A stretch of 64,000 nucleotides of DNA, taken from assembly GCF_006345805.1 (NCBI RefSeq), contig NC_043000.1:6510001-6574000 (forward strand), given 5' to 3'. Origin of the DNA: Octopus sinensis. Taxonomy: Eukaryota. A model generated the notes under the pieces. It was not told the origin of the DNA. It did no database searches and worked only from the letters and a program-made list of their open reading frames with translations. This document shows positions 49,672 to 62,818 of the stretch, piece after piece; position 1 is the stretch's first letter; each line of letters starts with the position of its first letter. A program made the translations under genes and the position numbers.

Positions 49672-49996
49672 TTATTACAGGTTTTGTTGGAGTTCCTATA
49701 ATCTTGCATGCATAGTGGGCTTACTACCTGCAGCCTACGGTACCATGCTATCTGTTCTTTTCAGCTATCTAATACTTTCCTGATTATTCTGGCTGCGCTA
49801 AGGAGGCAAACCTTTTGTAACAATTCTACTGGGCATTCTATTCCAATTTCCTTTATATTCCCCTTGATACCTTCTGATACTGTTCCCAAGGACCCAACAA
49901 TAATAATTGGTGCTAGCTTCACCTTCTTCATTTTCTATAGCCGGGCTATTTTGTACTTAAGAAGGTTGTATCTATCTTTTCAGCTTCCTTCTTGAC
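49672..49996 (-). mobile_element. R4/Dong-clade LINE 3' remnant
   Basis: Translates as DRYNLLKYKIARL*KMKKVKLAPIIIVGSLGTVSEG...LLQKVCLLSAARIIRKVLDS*. Confidence 0.75.
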
Positions 49997-51534
49997 TATT
50001 TGTGGGTCAAGGGAGCATGCAACATCAACTATTTAGCATATGTGGTGCACCTTGTCCACACACACACACAACACACACGTGCATATATATGATGGGCTTT
50101 TTTCAGTTTCTACCTATCAAATCTACTCGCAAGGCTTTGACTGGCCTGGTGTTATTGCAGAAGAAACTTACCAAAGTGAGTGCCATGTGCTGGGACTGAA
50201 TCTGAAACCACAAGATAACATAGCAAACTTCTTACACACACAGCCATTTCTTGCTCCATGTTATCTCAGAAAGAAAGAGGATTATGGCCATGGTTTTTTC
50301 TTTTTTTTTTTTTTTATCTGCCATAATGTTTTTAAGTTCAACACCTAATTCTGTGAAATTCTTCAACTTTTTAGCTTGCTCCTGCATAATATTTCAGTTA
50401 TTTAATATTACTATGTCAGTTATTAATACACTATTGTCTTCTTTATCACGAAAAATGATGTCAGACTTATATGCTATCTGGAAGTGTGTCTGTGTGCTAA
50501 ACTACCATAGAAGAATTGTTATCGTTGGGTCATCTATCTATTTGTAAAAAAATTTCTCTGTAGACATGTTACTCACCTATTTATTACTGTTATTAGTAGT
50601 ATTAATTAATACTGTTGTATCACAAAAAAAACTGTGTTTCTGTTTTTACTTGAGCAACATTTCTAGAATAGCATGTTAAGAATATTCTTTAGTAACAAAC
50701 AATTCAGGCTTTGTGTGTACCAAAAAAATATGTATGCTGGCATATTAAGACATCACATATGAGAAGAGTCCAGCTTCTCAACTGATTACTAGAAGAATAA
50801 GAATTGTCTTCTGTAACTGTAAATGCAACATTTTGTCTGTCCCTCTATCCAGGACCCCTGTATCTTCATCTGCATTTGTTCTACATAGGTATATAATATT
50901 TTTTGGAATCAGGATGATCCCAGTATTGTAAATCTGCCCTTCGTTTGGCTCATGAACATCTCGCATTGGGATCAGAACTGAATGAGGATTTGTTATTTGT
51001 TAAGAGTTGAAAATTCAAATTTTAAAAGAACTCCAAAAATTTGTAAATTTGAAAGTTTTTCGTCTAAACTGAATTTCAAGCAATACCATATTGGTAGGGT
51101 ACTAATAACTGAATGGATGGAGGAATGGATGGATAAATAGATGACTAGATGGATGGATGGATGGATGGATGTCCTGGGTACGACTATAAACTGCATCAAG
51201 TAGTTGAGCCCTGGTACAGGAGTTCTGGGGTTTTGAGGAGTATGAAACCATCTCTTAGCCATTATTATTGTCAGGTCTACTCTGACCCAGAGTAATAATA
51301 CCTGTTAGGATCCCAGCTACAGGATTACTATGAGGGAGGTGGGGCAGTACAGGTCCCTGCAGGGGGATCTGCATGGCTATTCACGTCTAGTATGAAAAAA
51401 AAGGAGAGCAAAAGAGAGAGAGAAAATGATCAGTAGAAGCTGCAAGACACAATGGGGGTGAGGTGCTCAAACCACCCCACAAGGCACAAGATATGTAGAA
51501 GTGAGTCAGGGGTAGTTTAATATATATATATATT

Positions 51535-52150
51535 TTACTCTTTTACTCTTTTACTTGTTTCAGTCATTTGACTGTGGCCATGCTGGAGCACCGCCTTTAG
51601 TCAAACAAATCAACCCCAGAACTTATTCTTTGTAAGCCTAGTATTTATTCTATTGATCTTTTTGCTGAACTGTTAAGTTACAGGGACATAAACACACCAA
51701 CATCGGTTGTCAAGCGATGATGGGGGGGACAAACACAGACACACAAACACACACACACACATACATATTTATACGCCAAGCTTCTTTCAGTTTCCATCTA
51801 CCAAATCCACTCACAAAGCTTTGGTCAGCCCAAGGCAATAATAGACAACACTTACCCATGGTACCACGCAGTGGGACTGAAACCAGAACCATGTGGTTGG
51901 AAAGCAAGCTTCTTACCACACAGACACTCCTGTGCTATATATATATTCTTTTATTCTTTTATTTATTTCAATCATTTGACTGTGGCCATGCTGGAGCACC
52001 GCCTTAAAGGGTGTTAGTCAAAGAAATTGACCCCAGAACTTATTCTTTGTAAGCCTTTGGTCTCTTTTGCCAAACTGCTAAGTTACGGGAATATAAACAC
52101 ACCAGCATCAATTGTCAAGAGATAGTGGTGTGGACAAACAGACACACACA
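51535..52150 (-). mobile_element. SINE family A full copy plus an adjacent second tail fragment
   Basis: Reverse-complement tail ttttactcttttacttgtttcagtc at 51535; head near 51930. Confidence 0.85.
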
Positions 52151-52152
52151 CA

Positions 52153-52562
52153 CATCTTCATTCCTTGCATACAAGTTATATCATCTAATGTTCCATTCCA
52201 ATTTAAGCAGTGACAGTTTCCTATCCCACTTTCTTTTAACATGAGCAATAATGAAACTCAGGGCCAAACACTAAAAGCCGATGGATTGCAACTTGAACCA
52301 CCATGCTTTTCTCATTGCCAACTTTATTTAGAGGCATCATGTGTGGGAGCAAAAGCAAATCTTTTTGCTTATGCACCCCAAAATAAAAGAAAAACCATTA
52401 TTCATAAAGAAATATTCATTCTTAATGCAGCATGAATACTTCAATAACTTAATTTACCATTATTATCATTACATTCAAGAATGAGTAAATCACCAATTAA
52501 CTGTATTATATAATTGCCATTACAGTATTGATAAATAAAATAACACATACAACTCATTACTA
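52153..52562 (+). mobile_element. Helitron helicase C-terminal remnant, copy 1
   Basis: Translates as SFNMSNNETQGQTL...PCFSHCQLY...KRKTIIHKE; a direct repeat of ~53360-53783. Confidence 0.85.
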
Positions 52563-52834
52563 TCATGGGCATGGCTGTGTGGTTAGAGAGCTTGCTTCCT
52601 AGCTACATGGTTTCGGGTTCAGTCCCACTGCGTGGCACTTTGGGTAGGTGTCTTCCACTATAGCCCCGAGCCGACCGAAGCTTTGTGATTGAATTTGGCA
52701 GGCGGAAGTTACTGCCGTGTGTGTATATGTGCGTGTAGGTGCTTGTGCCTCTCCGAAAGAGAGAGAGAGGGAATAAACAAACAGAAATTCATATATAAAA
52801 TTGAGCTTTTTTCTACTTCAATTATTATACGAGA

Positions 52835-54340
52835 TTGAGGCTTTCAAAAGATCAATCAGTTGAACTATTTGCGGAGCAGCTTTTGAAACTTGGTGAAGGG
52901 TGAGTTCCAATTGGTAAAGGATAGTCTTTTACACCCAATCCAATTTGTAATTCAACTGATTCCATCAATGATTTGGTGGATGAAGTCTTTCCTAATCTTC
53001 TTCATAATTACAACAATACAGATTGGATCTGTGAGCGTGCTATCCTGGCTCCAAAAAACGTTGCTGTACATAGCATTAATAATACGCTATTGAATAAACT
53101 TCCAGAAGTATTCACTTGTAACTCAGTTGGCAGTGTTGTTGATGATCAGGATATTGTTAACTCACCCATCGAATTTTTGAACTCACTAGAACCACCAGGT
53201 ACAGTTCCTTATTGTCTTCACCAGACAAAAAGGGACTCCTGTTATACTATTGCATAAGATGTCTCAACCAAAATTATGTAATGATACACATTTATTGTGT
53301 GCAAACTTATGACAAAGTGTATCGAGCAAATATTCTCACTGGTTGTGGTAATGGTGACACCATCTTCATTCCTTGCATACCATTTATACCTTCTAATGTC
53401 CCATTCCAATTTAAGTGGTTACCGTTTCCTATCCAACTTTCTTTTAACATGAGCAATAATAAAAGTCAGGGCCAAACACTAAAAGTTGCTGGGTTGCAAC
53501 TCCAAGAACCATGCTTTTCACATGGCCAGCTTTATGTAGCAGCATCATGTGTGGGAGCAAAAGCAAATCTTTTTGCTTATGCACTTCGAAATAAAACAAA
53601 AAACATTGTTTATAAAGAACTATTCACTCTTAATACAACATGAATACTTCAATAACTTAATTTACCATTATTATCATTGCATTCAAGAATGACTGAATCA
53701 CCAATTTAAATGAACTGGATTATATAACTACCATTAAAAGTATTGATAAATAAAATAACACATACAACTCGTTATTATCATATTTAAAGACTCCGCCGGT
53801 TACGACGACAAGGGTCCCAGCTGATACGATCAACGGAACAGCTTGCTCGTGAAATTAATGTGCAAATGGCTGAGCATTCCACAGACACGTGTACCCTTAA
53901 CGTAGTTCTCGGGGATAATCAGCGTGACACAGAGAGTGACAAGGCTGACCCTTTGAAATACAAGTACAACTCATTTTTGCCAGCTGAGTGGACTGGAGCA
54001 ATGTGAAATAAAGTGTCTTGCTCAAGGACACAACGCGTCGCCGGGAATCGAACTCACAACCTTACGATCATGAGCCGAATGCCCTAACCACTAAGCCACG
54101 CGCCCTCACTATTATCATATAATAAACAAACAAATTCGTGCATGAAATTGATCGTTTTTCTACTTCAATTATTACATGTTTTTCTCTTATAACAATATTA
54201 TATAATTGCCATTACTGTATTGATAAATAAAATAACACATACAACTCACTTATTATTGTCATATGATAAACAAACACAAGTTCATGTACGAAATTAATCG
54301 TTTCTCTACTTCAGTTATTACATATTTTTCTCTTATACAG
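52835..54340 (+). mobile_element. Helitron PIF1-helicase pseudogene remnant with 3' subrepeats (interrupted by a SINE at 53784-54109)
   Basis: Translates as FAEQLLKLGEG, WICERAILAPKN, EFLNSLEPPG and FPIQLSFNMSNNKSQGQTLKVAGLQLQEPCFSHGQLYVAASCV...TKNIVYKE, with frameshifts and stops. Confidence 0.9.
53784..54109 (-). mobile_element. Young CpG-rich SINE family C with an 11-bp TSD
   Basis: TSD tattatcatat at 53773-53783 and 54110-54120; A box tggcttagtggt and B box gttcgattc. Confidence 0.92.
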
Positions 54341-54809
54341 GAGGAGTAAATTATATATGTAATAATACTTTGAATGTGGCTCCCATGAAACAGTGGAAGT
54401 AATTACCCAATGAATGACAGGTATTACATGTTAGATAGACATGTAAGGAATTTCCTACTTGAAATTTGTCAGGCAGAGAAAAAGTTTTCATAATATTTTA
54501 GTATTATGAAAATTTTTTATTAGTCTGATGAATTTTAAAAAGGAAATTCCTCAAATGTCTAACACGTAAAACTTTGTAATACCTATTAGCAAATGAAACA
54601 CGTGTAATGGAGAATATATAATATCAATAACTTTCCACTTTCCTGTTTTGTTATACAACTGCAAATAATATTTCCATGATTCTCAATTTTGATGTGTATT
54701 TTAACAAACATACAGCAGCAACTAGGGATACACATTGGCTATAATAAAGGGGTAAATAGATGTGCTTCAAGGGGAAACAGCTAGTACTTACCCTAACTAC
54801 CTGTGTGTG

Positions 54810-55195
54810 TGTGTGTGTGTGTATACACTTCCTAACCACATGGTTCCCGGTTCAGTCCCACTTGGGCAAATGTCTTCTATAGCCCTGGGCTGACCAAAAC
54901 CTTGTGAGTGGCTTTGGTAGACAGAAACTGAAAGAAACCTATCATGCGTGTGTGTGTGTGTGTGTGTCTTTGTATCTGTGCCCCCCCCCCGCCCGCCATC
55001 ACCACTTGACAACCAGTGTTGGTGTGTTTACATCCTGCAACTAGGCGCTTCAACAAAAAAAATAAAAAACAGTATAATAAGTACTAGGCTTAAAAAATAA
55101 GTCCTGAGGTCGATTTGTTCGACTAAAATCCTTCAAGGCAGTGCTCCAGCATGGCCACAGTCAAATGACAAGAACAAGTAAAAGAATAAAAGAAT
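54810..55195 (+). mobile_element. SINE family A
   Basis: Body, internal (TG)n and tail are present. Confidence 0.8.
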
Positions 55196-55575
55196 ATAAC
55201 TTGAAAGACAAATGATAACAGGTGTAAGGAATGTATTTATATGAAAAGTTGCATATACAATTCACATGACGTAATCATGTAAATTGTATATGCAACTTTT
55301 GCTAGAAATACAATATTTACACCTGCTATTGCTTGTCTCTTTTCTTACTTTCATATCTGCTAAATTTCAATCATTCTTCCACTTGGTTGTTCTACCTTGG
55401 ATTACTTCATCCTGATGAAAAAGTTGGCATTTAAGATTTTGATCTCTCTCAATACAGTTTGGTGGATTATCTATACCATACTTAAACTAGCATATTATAA
55501 CCTATTGCTTATCTATCTGTCTGTCTATCTCTCTGTCTATTTATCTATCTATCTATCTATCTATTTATCTATCTG

Positions 55576-55634
<59 letters not shown>

Positions 55635-55671
55635 GCCTGTCTGTGTAATTATATGTGCCTATATGTGTGTG

Positions 55672-55703
<32 letters not shown>

Positions 55704-56982
55704 TTGGGTCATCCCATAAATAATGCAGGTTTTTTTTCAACTGCATGAACTAAGTCAGAGGGGGACAGGATAAATTACTTGCATCAACTTGCTACAAAAG
55801 CAGGTTATATTTTTACCTTGTCCTTATTCTCAGTGCAAGTTTTGAAGAGTGTAATTTGATTTTAACAGTTATTTTTTCAAAGCTATAATGGAAGTAACAA
55901 AGGAGCATATTCGGCACATTTAGCTTTATGAGTTCAATAAAGGCAACAACACAAGGAATATTATTGCAGTATATGGAGATCGAACAATAAGCATAAGTAA
56001 GTGTCAACAGTGGTTCCAGAAATTCTGAGCTAGAAACTACAGTCTAGAAGATGAGCCTTGTCCTGGAAGATCTGTAGAGCTCAACAAGGATGTCCTGCAA
56101 ACCCTGGTGGAACAAAATCCCATCATAACGGTTGAGGAATTAGCAGAGAAGCTTGGATTTGTTTGTTCAACCATTCAACAATCGTATGGCATCAGAAAAG
56201 TGAGCAAATTGGGTCAAGGGATTCCTCACAAACTTTCTAAGTCTAATCGGGTGCAGAGAGTGAATGTGTGCTCTTCTTTGTTGTCATGTGTCATGAATGA
56301 ACCTTTTTTGGACCAAATAATGACTGGTGCCAAGAAATGGGTTCTCTATAAATCTGTCAAGCACCAAACACAGTGGGTAGGGAAAGGATAAACACTGGCA
56401 CCCCAGGCTGCTAAAGATGGTCTTCATCTATGTAAGGTTTTGTTATCTGTTTCGTGGGATATGAAAGGTTTAGTCCACTTTGAACTTTAAAGCCCAAAAC
56501 CAAACGATAACAAAGGAGATCTACTGTGAGCAGCTTAAGCGGCTTAAGTCAGTGCTAAAAAAATTACCATCTTTGGTTTCAAGACAAAAGGTGTTCTGCC
56601 ATCTGGATAATGCTCATCCACATACAATGAGGATGACATTCCAAAGGCTGGAGCAGTTTGAATGGGAAATGATTCCCCACCCACCATATTCACTGGACAT
56701 TGCCCCATCTAATTATCATTTATTCCGCAGTCTTCAAAATCATCTGGATGAAAAAAATATGAATTCTGTAGATGAGGTCTGAACAGTACCAGAAGAGTAT
56801 TTTTCATCTCAGACAAGTGAATTTTGGAAGAGGGGCCTTGCAAGTCTACCAGATAGATGGAAGAGCATTGTAGTGTAGAAAATGAAGGAGAGTATATTTT
56901 AAATTAAAAAAGAACTTTGTTTATCTTAATTTTGAAAAATTAAAAGAAGTATAAAAAAACCATTATTTATGGGATGACCCAA
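55704..56982 (+). mobile_element. Full-length (1279 bp) degenerate mariner (DD34D-type) with a pseudogenised transposase from ATG 55888
   Basis: TA TSDs and TIRs ttgggtcatcccataaataatg. Translates as MEVTKEHIRH..., EDEPCPGR, MTGAKKWVLY, HLDNAHPH and HPPYSLDIAPSNYHLFRSLQ, with stops and frameshifts. Confidence 0.95.
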
Positions 56983-58106
56983 TATATATATATCATCATC
57001 ATCATCACTTTTAATATCTGTCTTCCATGCTGCCATGGGCTGGATGATTTAACAGGATCTGATGGGTTTGAGAACTGCATCATGCTAAAATGTGTGTTTT
57101 TGGCATAGTTTCTATAGCTTGATGCCCTTCCTAATGCCAACCACTTTACAGAGTGCACTGGGAATTTTCATAGCACTAGCATGAGTGAGTCCCTCTCTTT
57201 TGCAAGCACTCAGACCACTCCTCCAGTTTGAGAATAACTTTCTCTCTTGTTCCAGCCAATGCCAGGAGTCTAGAAAAAAAGAGTCACATATACCCTTTCC
57301 TCCTTGAGTAAACAGTAAAACATATCTATGCTTAAAGACATTCCAGCTTTGACCATTCCATCATTTTGTATGTATATCAAGGTCTACATTATCCAGTGTA
57401 TTCTTTATTTAAGATGGTAAGGTGAGTTTCAAGAGATATTTGGCTCCTATTTCTAGCAAACTAAACAGCCACATAGAAACTTCTACTTTATTGGGTGGTT
57501 TTATAAGGTACAAAAAATATTCTTTATTAACAATACATATCTTTAAATAGGAAAATCAATGGCAATATAAGTTCAGAATATAATCAATAAAAATAACCTA
57601 GCCAGGTAAATTAGTTGTGTAAACCTTGGGGATGTGTCTAAGAAATGATTTAGTAAAGGGGTAAACAGAATTTGTTGATGAGCCAGGGAATAAACCTCTA
57701 AGTAGACGCTTCATCTTGGACAGACAGCTAAGACTAAGAACATCATTGTTTTGACTGTACAGCATTTAGCCTGACACTGGACCATTTCTAACAACTTACC
57801 CTCTTACAATAATAATAATAATAATAATGGTTTCAAATTTTGGCACAAGGCCAGCAATTTTAGTGGGAGTGAGGTTAGTCGATTGCATTGACCGCTGTGT
57901 TCAACTGGTACCTATTTTACCAACCCTAAAAGGACGAAAGGCTTAGTGGTTAGGGGTATTCAGTTCATGATTGTAATGTTGGGAGTTAATAGACAAATGT
58001 CTTTATAAGTATCTGAAATCTGACAAATGGCAAACATTGTAGATTCCAGTGTGTTAACAAGCTACATCTAAACTTCATGGTTAGATACATCATCCATACC
58101 TACTAT

Positions 58107-58416
58107 GTGGAGGCACATGGCCTAGTGGTTAGAGCAGCAGACTGGCAGTCGAGGGATCATGGGTTCGAGTCTCAGACTGGGCGATGTGTGTGTTTATGAG
58201 CGAAACGCCTAAGCTCCACATGGCTCCGGCAGAAGGTAATGGCGAACTTCTGCTGACTCTTTCGCCACAACTTTCTCTCACTCTTTCCTCCTGCATCTTG
58301 CAGCTCACCTGTGACGGACCGGCGTCCCATCCAGGTGGGGAACCTATATGCCAAGGAAACCGGGAAACCGGCCCTTATGAGCCAGATATGGCTCAAGAAG
58401 GAACAAACAAAAAAAA
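58107..58416 (+). mobile_element. SINE family C variant with an 11-bp TSD
   Basis: TSD atacctactat at 58096-58106 and 58417-58427. Confidence 0.92.
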
Positions 58417-58849
58417 ATACCTACTATATCCATTTGGTTGAAAAACCAAAGACATTGAAAGTGTACACTTTGTGTACATTAAATCAGCATCAATATTTAA
58501 TGCCCATTTTCTATGTTGGCAGGTTGGATAGTTTCATCAGACATGGCCAGCAGGAGAGCTGCACCAGACTCCAGTCTGATTTGGCTTGGTTTCTACAGTT
58601 GGATGGCCTTCTTAACACCAACTACTTTACAGGGTGTGCTGAGTGCTTTTACATAGTACCAGCACAGGTCCCTTGCAATCTAATCAGTTAATCCTCTTCA
58701 TCTGTGGGAGTGGCATTAACAATTTTGCTGTTGGGGATGGGTCTTCTCAATTCCCAGCAACATTTTATGTCCTTGAGCAAAACACTTTATTTCATGTTGC
58801 TCCAATCCACTCAGCTAGCTGCAAAAATGAAGGGTGCAATGGAGGAGAT

Positions 58850-59383
58850 AGTGATGCCCTGAGTCAAGAGGGTGGCTGCTGGAAGACCCTATGTCTGGCA
58901 ACAAGATACTGCACCATGACACACAAGCAGGAGAACCCAGTCATGGCTGTCAGACAATTTCTGTGACCACATCACTCCTGACATCTGGCCACCTAACTCC
59001 CCAGACTGCAACCCCCTTGATTATTATGTGTGGGGTGCATATGAGCGAGAGACCAACAAAACTCCTTGTAACTCCAAAGATGAACTGAAAGCAAGGATTA
59101 TGGCAGTATACACTAACTTAAACAAGGTGACGGTCCAGAAGAGTTGCAGGAGATTCTGAAGTCACTTGGAGGCGGTGGAGGACAAGGAGACTATCCAGGA
59201 GACTTACAAGAGATTCCGAAATTGTCTGGAAGGCCATGGTTGGAGTCACTGGCGATTTTATTGAATAAATTTATTCTTTAGCATTTCAAGATATCTTTAC
59301 ATAATTCTGGTCTGTTAAAATGAGATGTCATTGTTATTTTCATTTTTGCGTAATTTAGACAACAGCTTTTTCACCACACCCTG
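58850..59383 (+). mobile_element. Tc1/mariner-superfamily (maT/DD37D-like) 3' remnant with right TIR
   Basis: Translates as GRPYVWQQDTAP*HTSRRTQSWLSDNF...WPPNSPDCNPLDYYVWGAYE; ends in ccacaccctg|TA. Confidence 0.85.
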
Positions 59384-59414
<31 letters not shown>

Positions 59415-59531
59415 GTGTGTGTGTGTGTGTGTGTGTGTTTGTGTGTGTGAGATGATTTGATATGCAGTGTTAACCTTTACAATTCTGTAAATAATAATAT
59501 TTTATAAGCTTAAAGCTTATAAGCAGTGACT

Positions 59532-59580
<49 letters not shown>

Positions 59581-59680
59581 ATAATGGGTGTAATAAAACA
59601 AATGGTTTACACCTGGTAGCTCACTGGTAAAGCACGGTCGTCACTTTCACAGTGATCATTATGTACATGGCAAATGAAAG

Positions 59681-59828
59681 ATGGAAGATGGAATAGATGA
59701 GAATTTATCATTAATCATGACAATTGTTTTGACACATCTAACATCGATCCCCCATGAGGGACCGATGCTAGATGTGTTGAAATAATTGTCGTGATTAATA
59801 ATAAATTCTCATATATTCCATCTTCCAT
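59681..59828. repeat. 148-bp palindrome (71-bp arms, 6-nt loop)
   Basis: Arms pair with four G-T wobbles and four mismatches by manual pairing. Confidence 0.9.
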
Positions 59829-59829
59829 A

Positions 59830-60300
59830 AATGTACATATAATACCATTTTATTTCATTAAGTTTTAAAAATTAAATCAGCTAAATGCTTTCCCATCATT
59901 GTCTGTTGACACTGTTGGAGACGTTCATGAAAGTTATCGATAACTCTTTGGATCATTTCTTCTGGAATGATTGCTATTTCTGCACAAATTGCACGTTTTA
60001 ATTAATCAATAGATCGAGGGCGATGATTGAATACTTTTGATTTTAAACATCCCCAAAAGAAGAAATCACATTTCACCATTCCAGAAGAAATGATCCAAAG
60101 TGTTATCGATAACTTCCATGAACGTCTCCAACAATGTGTTGACAATGATGGGAAGCATTTAGCTGATTTAATTTTTAAAACTTAATGAAATAAAATGGCG
60201 TTATATGTACATTCAGAAAATAAAATTTTTCTTTTCATTATTTCTTATTTTGTGCTTTTATTAAGCCTCCAAATGTGTCAGATCATTTTGGTCCACCCTG
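59830..60300. mobile_element. Two 5'-truncated Tc1/mariner-like transposase 3' ends fused head-to-head (~140-bp inverted arms)
   Basis: Minus copy reads DFFFWGCLKSKVF...IPEEMIQRVIDNFHERLQQC; plus copy reads IPEEMIQSVIDNFHERLQQCVDNDGKHL. Right TIR ggtccaccctg|TA at 60300. Confidence 0.85.
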
Positions 60301-60581
60301 TATAAAGAATATTTATACTATATTGCTATATTGCAACAGGTAAAAGCAGTAGAAAATTCCTCAGCTCACTGCACCTGCTGATTCTCTACGGGACTCAGAT
60401 GGAGCTGCTTCTACATCAAAGATCTTATGTCTCAAATACTTGTAGACATTCCAGACCACATCTATGTGAGTTAGGGCTGCCTAGGTCATTGGCATGGAAT
60501 CACTCACTGATATATTTCAACCTCTGGTTTGCAGATATTGATTCTTCCCTCTACCTTTTCTACCTCTGTAGCAAATGTACA

Positions 60582-60617
<36 letters not shown>

Positions 60618-60709
60618 CTATGAACATCTATGGCAATGCAACACTATTTTGAGGCCATCTTCTGATCAATTCTGTTTGTCCTACTTCTGTGCATATGTTG
60701 CATTGTGTT

Positions 60710-60870
60710 GCATTGATAGGTAAATGTCTTTATACGTATCAGAAATCTGATAAAAGCCAAAGATTGAATATTTACACTGTACAACTAAATACATCATCCA
60801 TACTTACTATATCCATTAGATTGGAAAGGCACAATCATTGAAAATGTACAATTTGTATACGTTAAATTTT
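60710..60870 (+). repeat. Unclassified ~160-bp repeat found three times at 58-64 kb (also ~57985-58485 + and ~63580-64000 -)
   Basis: Shared core catcatccatac.tactatatccatt..gtt.....cattgaaa.tgtaca.tttgt.tac.ttaaa. Confidence 0.7.
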
Positions 60871-61354
60871 GATGTATAAATGTGGGAAAAATGGAGGTAA
60901 GTGAAAAGAAGATAATTTCTAATTTAGACATAAGGTGAGCAATATTTTGAGGGGAGAACAAAGTGTTTGGTCAGTACCATCAGTCTCAGTACATGGCTGG
61001 TTCTTTATTTTATTGACCCTGAAAGAATGAAAGGCAATGTTGACCTTGGTGATATTTGGAACATAAAGAGCTACAAGAAACACTGCCAAGAATGTTATTC
61101 GACATTCTAAGGATTCCATGAGCTTTTCTCCTTAAAAGGAACTATCACATGAGACTTGGACTCACCTATCTTGGTAAGTAATCTGGTAAATTTACCAGTT
61201 GAATGACACTTAAATAGCATTATTGGTTTAATGAAGAACAAGAGTAGCTCATTAGAGCTATTTTGTTACATATCACTTATCACTTCCACCTGGAGCCACC
61301 TAGCACACTTGTATCGCCCTCTGTGTCTTTGTCTCTATATAAACAGAAAGTAGC

Positions 61355-61417
<63 letters not shown>

Positions 61418-62818
61418 GCATCTTCGTTCAGCTCCATTTCTTCCCTTCACTAAATATATATATATATATATATATCTGTGTGTGTATGTGCGTGTGTGTA
61501 TGTGTGTGTGTGTGTGCCTTTGTATATGTGTTTGGCTTCTACCTCCATTTGACAACCAGTGTTTATGTTCCCGTAACTTAGTAGTTCAGCAAAAGAAATA
61601 AATAGAATAAGTACCAGACTTTAAAAAAAAAAATTCTGGGATCAATTCATTTGATTAAAATTTTTTCAAGGTAGTGCTCCAGCATGACAACAGTCTATAC
61701 ACGCAAGCACACACACACACGCACACACACACACACACATGAGTGTGTGTGTGTATCTTCCTCTATGCTTCCCCCTCCATACACCTTACCAGCCTCTTTA
61801 CCTCAATCTGGGCTTTTTTGGCCTCGTGTCTTTTCACTGGAATTTCCTCTCTCTCAATTTTTTCTCAACAGTCATTGACTTACATCTTTAAGAATGACAT
61901 CCACAACATCACCTTCACAAGAGTTAAAGATTATCAGTGCAGTTCCTTCTTTTTTCTACTTTAGCCCTTATTTATTATTCCAGCCTTTTACTTCCTATGG
62001 AGTATAGGCCGTCATTGACTTCCCTTTACTGTTCTTGCCACTGGGTTGTCTTTCTTGCATCCCTTCACTTGGATCCCTACATTTTCAGTTCTGCCTAATT
62101 ATCCTTTTGGATTTTGCTGCACTGCATCATGTTTCCCTGTAAGAAGGCCTTCCTCTCCCAGGTCTAGTTGCTTTTTTAATTGTCATTGATGTTTCTGTAT
62201 CTTTGCTTTTTTCTAAGTAAAAGTATTGACCCTAAGCAAACCTATTTTTACCTCAGGGAAAAAGTGACCCATATTAGTTTGGCCTCTGTCTTTTAACCTG
62301 CCCAACATAGGAGGCTCTGCCAAAAGCTTGTTCTCCACTGACATAGCTCTCAGGATCATTGAGTCACACAATTCACCACACCACAATGAGGACTGGACCG
62401 TTTGATGGCCCTTTCTCTTAACTAAACCAATAGAACAATTTAAGTGTCTTTTAACTGGTAAATTTACCAGATTACTTACTGAGAGATGTGAGTTTAAATT
62501 TCACTTGGTATCTGTTTTATTTTCTTTTTCTGTTAAGAATGTAAGCTGGCAGAATTATTCCAGTTTTGGACAAAACGTGTTACGGTATCTCTTTTGTTTC
62601 TTCAAATTCTGAATTCAAACTCCGCCAAGGTCAACATTACCTTTCATCCTTTTAGTGTCAATAAGATAATGTGCTAGCCAAATACTGAGGTTTGGGGTTG
62701 AGAGTATTGACTAGCCTCCTCCTCATCCCATCAAAATTGCTAACTTTGTATCTAAACTACAAACTATTATTTACTTTATTGTTGCATCGTTTTTGCCTAT
62801 GTATATATCAATGTGAAA

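Noticed and set aside
50778-50966. 62-aa minus-strand ORF in unique sequence
   Set aside because: No convincing splice donor or recognisable domain, and the length is expected by chance.
55888-56900. Mariner transposase as a functional or domesticated gene
   Set aside because: Multiple stops and frameshifts, and altered catalytic-motif residues.
60399-60468. Plus-strand exon ending in a gtgagt donor (WSCFYIKDLMSQILVDIPDHIY)
   Set aside because: Poor acceptor, upstream in-frame stop, and no supporting partner exons.
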